DNA from: Gloeocapsa sp. UFS-A4-WI-NPMV-4B04
Lineage (GTDB): Bacteria > Cyanobacteriota > Cyanobacteriia > Cyanobacteriales > Chroococcidiopsidaceae
Assembly: GCA_019359535.1 (NCBI GenBank)
Contig: JAHHHE010000003.1
Coordinates: 3,109-67,108 of the forward strand
DNA: 64,000 bases
Direction: 5' to 3'
Shown here in pieces: positions 43,746 to 53,604 of the stretch. The position numbers were made by a program, and so were the translations under genes. Below the pieces are notes generated by a model. The model searched no databases, was not told where the DNA came from, and worked only from the letters and a program-made list of their open reading frames with translations. The stretch's first letter is position 1. Every line of letters begins with the position of its first letter.

Positions 43746-44037
43746 TTATCCTTCAAGTAGTTGAATTTGCTGCGAACCGTGTATAACTGCAAGGATGTCT
43801 ATTTGATCAGGTTTAATGAGCGTAAATAATGCGGTAAGAACCTTCAATTACTTCACGAATTTGCTTAGTCTCAAACTCTGGCACAGTTCTAGCTGATAAG
43901 GGAAACTTGGCAATTTGTTCAGAACGTTTGGTAAGTCTGTCAATCAGCCTTTGAGCATATCCAGGAGAATTTTGAGCTATGTAAGTGTAAATTGCTGATA
44001 GGTGCTGTACTGCTGTATCCGTCCAAAAAACTTTCAC
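43746..44037 (-). pseudogene. ParE/RelE-family toxin truncated by a 1-nt frameshift at about 43815
   Basis: The ORF ends ...EGSYRIIYAH*. The next frame continues KPDQIDILAVIHGSQQIQLLEG* (stop at 43746..43748), which is the family-typical C-terminus. Confidence 0.65.
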
Positions 44038-44222
44038 TTCCTTAATCCGAACTTTGCACGTACCTGATCAACAGAAATAACTTTACCCGCTTTACTGTCA
44101 GTAAGCCCAGCTTCAATAACTTGCCTAACATATATTTCATCCATTAAGTCATCCCAAGTTGAAGCTTCTGGCAACTTGTCAATCAAACGTCGAGCTTCTT
44201 CTTTGATACTTCTAGTTTCCAT
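44034..44222 (-). CDS. Small antitoxin-like protein upstream of the ParE-like gene
   Basis: A 62-aa ORF that overlaps the toxin start by 4 nt. This is the typical type II TA arrangement. Confidence 0.6.
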   Translation of the reverse strand: METRSIKEEARRLIDKLPEASTWDDLMDEIYVRQVIEAGLTDSKAGKVISVDQVRAKFGLRK

Positions 44223-44249
44223 GAAACTTCTAGAAAATGACTGTAAAAA

Positions 44250-44960
44250 TCATTCTACTAAATCAACGTCGAACACAGAGGCAAAGGCTAAAGCTACTTT
44301 AGAACGAACGTCGTCTATATTAATTTCTGGAATCCACTGAGCTAAACTGCCAACGGTTTTATCAGAAATTCCACAAGGTACAATTTGTTCAAAGCCTGTC
44401 AAATCGGGACACACATTCAAGGCGAAGCCGTGCATCGTAATCCAACGACTAACCTTGATTCCAATAGCGGCAACTTTTCGCCCTTCTAGCCACACCCCAG
44501 TTAGCCCTGGTAAGCGATCGCCTTTTAACCCATAAACCGCCAAAACCCTGATTAACACTTCTTCGAGTTGCCGCAAATACCAGTGCAAGTCTTTGAAGTA
44601 ATATTGCAGATTTAAAATTGGATAGCCAACCAATTGACCAGGGCAATGATACGTTACCTCGCCGCCTCGCTCTACTCTATGCACATTAAATGTAGTTTTG
44701 TCAATATCAAATTTGAGAAATTCTAGACTCGCTCCTTGTCCAAGTGTATAGACGGGCGAATGCTCTAGCAAAATTAAGACATCATCTAGACTAGGATTTT
44801 TGACACGCTCTTGCAAAAGTACTCGCTGCCAATCTAAAGCAGATTGATAAGATACGAGTCCTTGGTTATATAGCAAGAGGCGACGTTGTTGCGGCTGAGT
44901 TAAGTCGGAGAATGTTTGCTTACTCGCAATCATGGCAAAAATCAAGGGTAGTTTAGGCAA
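44250..44960 (-). CDS. lipB: Octanoyltransferase (lipoyl(octanoyl) transferase)
   Basis: The motif [20 protein letters not shown] is present. The start is uncertain (44960 or 44930). Confidence 0.9.
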   Translation of the reverse strand: MPKLPLIFAMIASKQTFSDLTQPQQRRLLLYNQGLVSYQSALDWQRVLLQERVKNPSLDDVLILLEHSPVYTLGQGASLEFLKFDIDKTTFNVHRVERGGEVTYHCPGQLVGYPILNLQYYFKDLHWYLRQLEEVLIRVLAVYGLKGDRLPGLTGVWLEGRKVAAIGIKVSRWITMHGFALNVCPDLTGFEQIVPCGISDKTVGSLAQWIPEINIDDVRSKVALAFASVFDVDLVE

Positions 44961-45474
44961 GTTTTATTTCAGTTTTTAAGATAGAAATCAAGAAATGTCA
45001 CAAGATGCAAAGGTTCTTAAAGAGAACTCAAACGTTTTTGTTTTCCAAAATACAAAGTGTTAGGGTTGAATGTAATAACCTCAAATTGGTAGGGAGGAAG
45101 CTTCTTCTAACTTAACCACACACTCGGAATTTAGGAGTTTCAATGTGAAATACGAGCATCTGCACAGCTAGTTGAACACATAAGAAAAAACTCCTAATCA
45201 CACCTGCATCGCTAAATACTTGATGGAAGCAAATACAGAAAGCTCTTTTCACAATGAAGACAAAATCTGCAAAATTCTCACAGGTATGGGTGTAATTAAA
45301 AGTTTGTGTGGTAGCAGTTGAGCAAACAAAAGTTAAATTTTAAGTGCTAAAGGCACAACTAAAACTTTGCGATCGCAGAGCTATATTGAAGACATTTTTG
45401 GGAAAGCAGTAATTTAACCCGCGCTTTCCGTTTCACCTAAAACAGTGGATCATAATCCAACGGGAGAATTGAAT

Positions 45475-46125
45475 ATGAAGCTTGTTATTCACGGCAAAAA
45501 TATTGAGATCACTGATGCTATTCGTGAGTATGTGCATCAGAAGATTGAAAAGGCAGTGAATCACTTTCAGAATTTGACAACTGAAGTAGACGTGCATTTG
45601 TCAGTAGCCCGCAATCCCAGAATAAATACTAAGCAAGCGGCTGAAGTGACAATTTACGCCAACGGAAGCGTGATCCGCGCTGAAGAAAGTAGCGAAAGCT
45701 TATATGCCAGCATAGATTTGGTAGCTGATAAAATTGCTCGGCAATTACGTAAGTACAAAGAAAAACGTCAAGATCAGAAAACTCATAGCCAGCCCAAATT
45801 AATTCCCGTAGAAGGACAACCAGTGGTAGCGGATTTAATTGGCGATCGCACTCCAGAACTACCCAGCGAAGTTGTCCGCACCAAGTATTTTGCCATGCCA
45901 CCAATGACAATTGAAGCAGCCTTAGAGCAGTTGCAACTGGTGGATCATGACTTTTATATGTTCCGCAATGCCGAAACAGGAGAAATTAATGTAGTTTACG
46001 AGCGCAATCACGGCGGCTTTGGCGTAATTCAACCCCGCAACGGTAATAGCCACAGTAACAGTAAAAACGGGAAAACTGCTGATAACATTACAGAGGCAGA
46101 AAAACCTCGCTCCAGTAAGGTATAA
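45475..46125 (+). CDS. hpf: Ribosome hibernation promoting factor, long form (LrtA-like)
   Basis: An ATG after a GGGAGA SD sequence, then [20 protein letters not shown], with a C-terminal dimerisation domain. Confidence 0.9.
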   Translation: MKLVIHGKNIEITDAIREYVHQKIEKAVNHFQNLTTEVDVHLSVARNPRINTKQAAEVTIYANGSVIRAEESSESLYASIDLVADKIARQLRKYKEKRQDQKTHSQPKLIPVEGQPVVADLIGDRTPELPSEVVRTKYFAMPPMTIEAALEQLQLVDHDFYMFRNAETGEINVVYERNHGGFGVIQPRNGNSHSNSKNGKTADNITEAEKPRSSKV

Positions 46126-46181
46126 GCTGGGGTAGGGGTGTAGAGGAGAATATATTTGATCGCCTCTTGCCTCTTACCTGC

Positions 46182-46646
46182 TTAACTTTTTGCCTCTAAT
46201 TGTTGGATGATTTTGAGTGACTCTTCAATGTGTCCTTTAAAGTTAAACTGAGAGTTGAAGACATTTTGAACAATTCCCTGCTGATCAATAACATACGTGA
46301 CACGCCCTGGTAATAGTCCAAAGCTTGAAGGTACGCCATAAAGCTTCCGTACTTGATTGCCATTATCGCTCAAGAGAGAAAAAGGTAGTTGGTACTTGGT
46401 AGCAAATCGCTGATGGGATTCTGGTGAGTCAGCGCTAATGCCTATGACTTCTGCTCCAGCAGAGTTAAAAACCTCATATTGATCACGAAAGGCGCAGGAT
46501 TCTTTAGTGCATCCGGGTGTGTCATCCTTGGGATAAAAATAGACGACGACACATTTTTTGCCGAGAAAATCTTTGAGGCTGACAGGTGTTCCAGACTGGG
46601 AAGAAAGTGTAAAATCTGGTGCAGTATCTCCAACTTTGACTGGCAT
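46182..46646 (-). CDS. bcp: Thiol peroxidase (Bcp/PrxQ-type peroxiredoxin)
   Basis: The active site DTPGCTKESCAF is present. Confidence 0.9.
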   Translation of the reverse strand: MPVKVGDTAPDFTLSSQSGTPVSLKDFLGKKCVVVYFYPKDDTPGCTKESCAFRDQYEVFNSAGAEVIGISADSPESHQRFATKYQLPFSLLSDNGNQVRKLYGVPSSFGLLPGRVTYVIDQQGIVQNVFNSQFNFKGHIEESLKIIQQLEAKS

Positions 46647-46891
46647 AATGGGTGAGGAGTTGTTAACTTTTGTATCCTATCGTGATTGTTCAGAGTAATG
46701 CCATCTTTAAGCAATATCTGACGATAAGCCGATGCAGCGTCTACGCTTTTTTACAAAGTGTTACTGTAAATTGTTGCAGTAGGATAAGCTTAGAACAGAT
46801 TCTACTTAAGCTGGGGTGAAATGCTGCTAAAAACAGAACTTGTCTCAGAAAAAAAGAATGAAATTCTAACTCAGCAGCGATATGTAGTTAC

Positions 46892-47524
46892 TTGGCAAAG
46901 ATGATCATGAAAAAGCCTCACGTCCTTACAAGGCTTAGTTTTACGGCTAGTACGCTCTTGCTGATAACTGGATTGGCTCAACCGAGTTTCTCTTTTCCAG
47001 CATTGCCTACTGTGTTGGGGAACAATAACCACTCTGCCATCAGTAGTATTAAGCAGGCAGAAGCGCATAACAATTCGGGAGTTGAGCTAGCTCAACAGGG
47101 CAAATTAGCGCAGGCGATCGCAGCGTTTAACAAGGCGATTAAAATTTATCCTAGCTTTGAAAATGCCTACAATAATCTAGGACTTGCTCTCGGTAGTCAG
47201 AACAAGTTTGCAGAAGCAGTTGCCGCCTTCAAGCGAGCTTTGGCAATTAATCCCCAGAATTTTGAAACTTATAACAATTTAGGTATTGCGCTCGGTAGTC
47301 AAGGAAAGTTGGCAGAAGCGATCGCAGTATTTAATCAAGCAATTCAAATCAATCCTAAAGATCCTACTTCTCGACAAAATTTAGGGGTTGCTTTTTGGAG
47401 TCAAGGTAAGTTGCCGGAAGCAGTCGCATCTCTGCAAAAAGCTCAAGATTTATACTCAGCGCAAAACAACACCGAGGGCGTTGCTCATGTAGGAGAAATA
47501 TTACAGCAAATAAAATTACCTTAG
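46892..47524 (+). CDS. TPR-repeat protein with a signal peptide
   Basis: Four 34-aa repeats of the form A..AF..AI.I.P....AYNNLG.AL..QGK..EA. Confidence 0.8.
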   Translation: MAKMIMKKPHVLTRLSFTASTLLLITGLAQPSFSFPALPTVLGNNNHSAISSIKQAEAHNNSGVELAQQGKLAQAIAAFNKAIKIYPSFENAYNNLGLALGSQNKFAEAVAAFKRALAINPQNFETYNNLGIALGSQGKLAEAIAVFNQAIQINPKDPTSRQNLGVAFWSQGKLPEAVASLQKAQDLYSAQNNTEGVAHVGEILQQIKLP

Positions 47525-47622
47525 AAAACTCCGTGCAGAAGGGACGAAGTTCAACTCAATTTTGCAATTTTAGTTGTATGTGGGTAAGTTTTAGCAGTTA
47601 TAGAGTTTAAATTAATAAAAAA

Positions 47623-50441
47623 ATTATTAATAATTGGAATTTAGTAGAAAAACTGCAATGCTTATTGAGAAGTTACGGTTTCAATCCCTAAAAGGGATTA
47701 TTGATAATTAAACTTGCTAACAATAGGGATTATTGATAATTAAAACTTTACGCCATTCAACAAAGTGTTTTTTGAATGCAGTTTCAATCCCTAAAAGGGA
47801 TTATTGATAATTAAAACGGTTTGTTAGCCAATTTCGCAGGTCAGCAGGACTAAGTTTCAATCCCTAAAAGGGATTATTGATAATTAAAACGTTAAGAATT
47901 TTAGAATTGTTCTTGGCAGTCTGCAAATCAACTGGGTTTCAATCCCTAAAAGGGATTATTGATAATTAAAACCTAGCTCAATTTGCTTTACCTGAGACGA
48001 AACTTGTTTCAATCCTTAAAAGGGATTATTAATAATTAAAACTTAAAACGCACTTGCACTGTTTTGCTCATTGCTTTGCTTAGTTTCAATCCCTAAAAGG
48101 GATTATTGATAATTGGAATTCCAGATATTTATAAGAGGCTTATCTTCTAACCCGTTAGTTTCAATCCCTAAAAGGGATTATTGATAATTGGAATTTCTAG
48201 GAGCATCAGTGATAGCTGATCCTGTTTTCGTTTCAATCCCTAAAAGGGATTATTGATAATTGGAATATCTTCTATTTTGGCTGGCTTGCCTACCCACATA
48301 TCAGTTTCAATCCTAAAAGGGATTATTGATAATTGGAATCAAAATCTGATACTTCAATGTCAACAGACCAATTTGTTTCAATCCCTAAAAGGGATTATTG
48401 ATAATTAGAATTAGACACTGCTTGTCCTTGAAAGCCCATATAATCGTTTCAATCCCTAAAAGGGATTATTGATAATTGGAATATGTCTCAGCCATCATTG
48501 AAGGACTTTGAGCTGCAAGGTTTCAATCCCTAAAAGGGATTATTGATAATTGGAATTGGAACTGGAGCTACAAGTAAGCCGTTCTGATCAGTTTCAATCC
48601 CTAAAAGGGATTATTGATAATTGGAATGGGTTGGTTCCAAACTATGACCGCGCCACAGACTGTTTCAATCCCTAAAAGGGATTATTGATAATTGGAATCA
48701 TTTTTTGGGTACGTTCCCGCAAAAATCGCTCTGTTTCAATCCCTAAAAGGGATTATTGATAATTGGAATTCGAGCGGAATATATTGAGGCTAGCTTATGA
48801 GCTTGTTTCAATCCCTAAAAGGGATTATTGATAATTGGAATCTGGTTACTACGATGCAAAATTCAAGACTAATACGATTCTTGTTTCAATCCCTAAAAGG
48901 GATTATTGATAATTGGCATATGGTGCTGGTTCTGTTCCGGTTGACTGGTTACGTTTCAATCCCTAAAAGGGATTATTGATAATTGGAATTTGGAGAAGGC
49001 AATTTCATCACATCCCGAACTAATTAAGTTTCAATCCCTAAAAGGGATTATTGATAATTGGAATCCAATACTGAGATTTCCTAAATCGGGCATTACCTTG
49101 TTTCAATCCCTAAAAGGGATTATTGATAATTGGAATTCTGAGAATTAGGGCGTTGTACCATCGCCAGTAACTTGTTTCAATCCCTAAAAGGGATTATTGA
49201 TAATTGGAATATTAGTAGCTAAAATGGAAAAATTTATCATTCAATTTGTTTCAATCCCTAAAAGGGATTATTGATAATTGGAATCCAATACTGCTAAACA
49301 TATTGCCAACGTTGCTTAAGTTTCAATCCCTAAAAGGGATTATTGATAATTGGAATTGCCACAGGTTTATTGCAAAGTTCAGAAGGCGATGTTTCAATCC
49401 CTAAAAGGGATTATTGATAATTGGAATCTTCATGAGCGAACGAGGAGCGCCAATCACTTCGATAGTTTCAATCCCTAAAAGGGATTATTGATAATTGGAA
49501 TCTGATTTTGCAAGCTCATCAATAGAAGATATTTGTTTCAATCCCTAAAAGGGATTATTGATAATTGGAATTTGGAATCTATGCGGTAGCTTTTGATACT
49601 TACATAGCGCTTTGTTTCAATCCCTAAAAGGGATTATTGATAATTGGAATCCGTATGCCCTGCGTATACACTCCCATCGACTTTTGTTTCAATCCCTAAA
49701 AGGGATTATTGATAATTGGAATTGATTTAGCTCCTGGTCTAATTCGTCTCTGTGTTTGTTTCAATCCCTAAAAGGGATTATTGATAATTGGAATTTAAAT
49801 AAGATGTACTTATTAGCCGCGCCCACAAATCGGTTTCAATCCCTAAAAGGGATTATTGATAATTGGAATTCAACAACAGCGCCAGGGGGTTGCAGTTCAA
49901 ATATGTTTCAATCCCTAAAAGGGATTATTGATAATTGGAATAATATGTCCGAGTCCATGCCGACCTGGGAATAAATAGTTTCAATCCCTAAAAGGGATTA
50001 TTCATAATTGGAATCTTAATCGCCTCTAGAGACGCTTGCATATTCGGGTTTCAATCCCTAAAAGGGATTATTGATAATTGGAATTTTGATTTGCAGTCCG
50101 ATAAAGATTGTTTTTCCAGTTTCAATCCCTAAAAGGGATTATTGATAATTGGAATCCTGATTTGATCAGCCAGTTAGAACCTGTATCTGTGTTTCAATCC
50201 CTAAAAGGGATTATTGATAATTGGAATTAGTCACACTAGAGAAAAAAACCGCAGTGTAATGTTTCAATCCCTAAAAGGGATTATTGATAATTGGAATTTT
50301 GTTCACTTAATATTAATGACCCTGTTTGTGGGTTTCAATCCCTAAAAGGGATTATTGATAATTGGAATTGAAAACTCCTGAAGAAAAAGCAGCCGAGCTT
50401 CGGCGTTTCAATCCCTAAAAGGGATTATTGATAATTGGAAT
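47623..50441 (-). CRISPR. CRISPR array with 38 full 37-nt repeats plus 2 partial repeats
   Basis: The plus-strand consensus is GTTTCAATCCCTAAAAGGGATTATTGATAATTGGAAT. The first full repeat is at 47678 and the last at 50405..50441. Spacers are 33-45 nt, mostly 33-38. An internal 7-bp hairpin is AATCCCT/AGGGATT. On the minus strand the repeat ends in ATTGAAAC, so transcription probably runs from the cas2 side. Partial repeats lie at 47623..47640 and 47726..47746. Confidence 0.98.
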
Positions 50442-50747
50442 AGCTGGAGAGCAAAAGACTTGTCATATTGAGTTTTCAAGGTACGTTTGCGCGGATTTGT
50501 AAAATTATAGCATTGTAGCCATTTGGCGCAGCAATAGAACATTTGTTTTTTAGCTGAAAGTAAGTCTTAGTAAGGTTTTCAAAAGTTGCGCGATCGCCTA
50601 TTCAGGACTAACAGCAGCTAAACCCTTATCCCACAAGGAACACAAGTTAAAATAAAGGTCTGCTGTAACAAACACCCACCTATCCGCGCCATCTTTCAAA
50701 GTAACTCAAAACAAGCGTTAAAAAACTTAGAAAACCTAATTGTAATT
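50442..50747 (-). promoter_or_regulatory. CRISPR leader, with a candidate -10 box
   Basis: A 306-nt non-coding stretch between cas2 and the newest repeat. The minus-strand TATAAT at 50504..50509 lies about 63 nt upstream of the first repeat. Confidence 0.4.
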
Positions 50748-51020
50748 TTAGGCAAAAAAGATAGTGTTATCTACAAGTTCTTCACCGCCGATACGTTCTA
50801 CTTTATCTTTACAGCAAGCACACAGGAAGTAAAAGCGAATACTGTCTTGCTCGGGTTTGATAATTTTACTCAAACGCGATCGCAACTTAGCATACTGAGT
50901 AGCTGTTAACTCGCATTCAAATAAACTGTACTGCATCCATTGATCATAAGATTTCAGAATTTTGTGTATTTTATTACGGCGGTTATCTTCTGGAATGTCG
51001 TAAGAAATGACAACGTTCAT
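50748..51020 (-). CDS. cas2: CRISPR-associated endoribonuclease Cas2
   Basis: A 90-aa protein starting MNVVISYDI...RRNKI, directly next to cas1 and the leader. Confidence 0.9.
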   Translation of the reverse strand: MNVVISYDIPEDNRRNKIHKILKSYDQWMQYSLFECELTATQYAKLRSRLSKIIKPEQDSIRFYFLCACCKDKVERIGGEELVDNTIFFA

Positions 51021-51051
51021 ATAATTGAGTTAATACTAATAAATACTGTCC

Positions 51052-52068
51052 TTACTTCAAAACCAGTGGTGGATATTTATCAGTTTCACCCATCAGATAT
51101 TTCGCTAGCAATCGCGCTTGAATCTCAAATGCTTCTTGGTAAGTGCATTGTCTCCCCATAACTGGATGCTTGAACTTAGACTGCTTCTTTTGCTCATATA
51201 GTCTCAACAATATTTTTAGTGCTTCCTGAGTCAATGAAACTGCTCTGCTGACTGGTTCTGTAGTAAAATCAGCTGGTGTGAGCGATCGCTTGTTAATTGC
51301 ACTCAGTACCATCGCATCCACCACCAACGGTCGAAACTCCTCCATCAAGTCAAGTGCTAACCCTGGACGACCGTAACGCTGTAAATGCAGATATCCTAAA
51401 TACGGGTCAAAACCGACAATATTAACTGCTCCCTGGACATCATGACGCAGTAGCGCATAGCCAAAACTCAACAGCGCATTTACTGGATCTGTTGGTGGAC
51501 GGCGGTTTCTAGCTTTAAACTCAAAACCTTCCGCTCGAATCATCTGCTCAAATACACTAAAGGAACCCGCACTACCCGCACCTTCTAAGCCTCGCAGTGA
51601 ATCAATTGTGGTAGTTTTGTCTAACGGTGCGATCGCCTGTTCAATTCACGCGATTGCGGCTTGCAAATCAAGTTCTGAACTTTCTCGTTCTCGACGTAAT
51701 AAAGAATTGCGGTAGTTTTTTAATTTACCCCTAATAAAACCCCTAACTACGTGCAAAGCTTGTGCAGATTCTCCAGCTGCTTGCCATTGAGCAGAACGTA
51801 CAAATATATTCTTAGTTAATTCTGGTTCTAATCTGCCTAAATATCGCCCAGTACCTGTAAGAAAACTTAGGGGAATATTGCGTTGTAAAAGTTCTGTGCT
51901 CGCACTTGGTGAAACAGTAGCTCGTCCTAATACTACAACGCCATCAATTTTAATCAAAGGTACATCTAAAAGTGTTTCCTTTTGCGCTTTTACTTGCAAA
52001 CGTTCATCTGCTTTCCCGATATACGCATCTTCCTGAGTAATATAAACTGTTCCCATAATCATGACCAA
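51052..52068 (-). pseudogene. cas1: cas1 with an in-frame TGA at 51646..51648
   Basis: ORFs 51646..52068 and 51052..51543 share one frame. The read-through translation is ...LDLQAAIA*IEQAIAPLDKTTTIDSLRGLEGAGSAGSFSVFEQMIRAEGFEFKARNRRPPTDPVNALLSFGYALL. Confidence 0.85.
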
Positions 52069-52071
52069 AAA

Positions 52072-52665
52072 TTATTTTATTTCCTGATAACGTTTAACTT
52101 TATCTACTGCTTGGGGTAAACACTGTTGATAAAGACTGCATCCCCGACAGCGTTGTGTATAGATTGCTGGCGGTATTTTTCCACTTTGCTGTATATTTTG
52201 GATAGCTTGAATAGTTGCGATCGCTGTTACTCTCAGTTCAGCAGATATATTAACTAATTGACGTTGATGAGATTGAGCATAATAAACATAGCCTTGAGTT
52301 ATTTTTTGCCCTATCATTTCCTCTAAACAAAGAGCTTGAGCGCAGACTTGTAACTCATCATTATCCCATTCTCTTTTATGACCGCGTTTGTATTCAATTG
52401 GATACCAATTACCATCAACTTCTTCAATTAAATCAGCTTTGCCGATTAATTTGTATTGCTCTGATTTCAACCAAACGGCTCTAACTTGCCAGGTATCTTC
52501 TCGGTGTCCTTCTCCTAAAGTGTGAACGCGATCGTGCAAGCTTGTACCTTCAATCGTGTACTGGTTATCTAGAAACTCGCCAGCACAAAACATCCGCCAG
52601 TAGCGATGTGAACAATAAGCATATTGATTCAATGCTGCAATAGGAATATAATCATGGTTATTCAT
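52072..52665 (-). CDS. cas4: CRISPR-associated exonuclease Cas4
   Basis: An N-terminal Cys plus a C-terminal CRGCSLYQQC cluster, and a RecB-like core (DLIEE...EYK). Confidence 0.88.
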   Translation of the reverse strand: MNNHDYIPIAALNQYAYCSHRYWRMFCAGEFLDNQYTIEGTSLHDRVHTLGEGHREDTWQVRAVWLKSEQYKLIGKADLIEEVDGNWYPIEYKRGHKREWDNDELQVCAQALCLEEMIGQKITQGYVYYAQSHQRQLVNISAELRVTAIATIQAIQNIQQSGKIPPAIYTQRCRGCSLYQQCLPQAVDKVKRYQEIK

Positions 52666-52743
52666 ATTGTTTTAATTAATAAATTTAATCAAATTTTTAA
52701 TAGCTAATTTTAAGACAAAACTACTTAAATGTATTCGTTGCTT

Positions 52744-53568
52744 TTATTTTGCAGAACTTTTTAAACGTCGTACTATACCCATACCCATAGGCGTTTTTCG
52801 CCCTATACCACTAAATAAAGCAAAGTTTGATAAAGCATTAATTTGTTTAATTGTCAATGGTTGAGCATCTCCTAAAATGCGATAACTAATATTACCAACA
52901 CAACCAATAAATTTACTACGTGAATCAGCAATTATTTCTGTACGAATATCAAAATAACTAGGAAAGATTACTTGTATTAAGTCTGAAGATAATTCAATAT
53001 TGCTGTATTTATTCCAACGATTAATCAGACTATTAAAAACACAGTCTCTAGTTGGTAAAGCTGAGTCATACTCTTGTTGACGGAATGCAGTCGGAGTACA
53101 AAAACTTAAATTAATTTGGCGTTCAGTCTCTGAGGCTTGCTCATACAATTATTTATAAGTACAAAAATTTGCCCAAGGCTGAGTTGATTGCGGAGTACCT
53201 AAAATGCTGATAATTTTTAAATTCGCAGGGCCAAGATGCCAAGGATGGGAGGGATTTAGGTTAAGCCAAAGTTGAGTAAGGTTGCTGAATAAGGCATCAT
53301 CTAACAGGGAAATTCGCAACCAACAAGGTGTACCCGCTTCAATTACTTGTTTGTGTTCCCATTGTAGCCTGTAGTTACTTGTTGCAGATACTTGTAGAGG
53401 ACTGAGGGTAAAGGCTTTTTCTGTTTTTTGTGCGTGGAGGCGATCGCCTAATGTTTTATCAACAGAACTGACTAAAGTTAGAAACAGTGCGTGTATATGT
53501 TTACCGCTCAGGTAGCCAGATGGAATTGGGGACTGGGGGAGGAGGTTGAGGACTAAGCTATGAGGCAT
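52744..53568 (-). pseudogene. cas6: cas6 with an in-frame TAA at 53149..53151
   Basis: ORFs 53149..53568 and 52744..53148 are contiguous in one frame (...NFCTYK*LYEQASETERQ...). The C-terminal Gly-rich loop GIGRKTPMGMG is present. Confidence 0.8.
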
Positions 53569-53604
53569 ATTTAAGGTTAATAAATTTTGTTTATTAACAA
53601 ACTT

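Noticed and set aside
48797-49974. ORFs 48797..48979 and 49756..49974, which contain the recurring peptide FQSLKGIIDNWN
   Set aside because: They are translations of the CRISPR repeat read through several units. They are not genes.
51646-51648. The in-frame TGA in cas1 as a selenocysteine or programmed readthrough codon
   Set aside because: There is no Cys or redox context, no obvious downstream stem-loop, and Cas1 is not a known selenoprotein. The four other lesions of the same kind are TAA.
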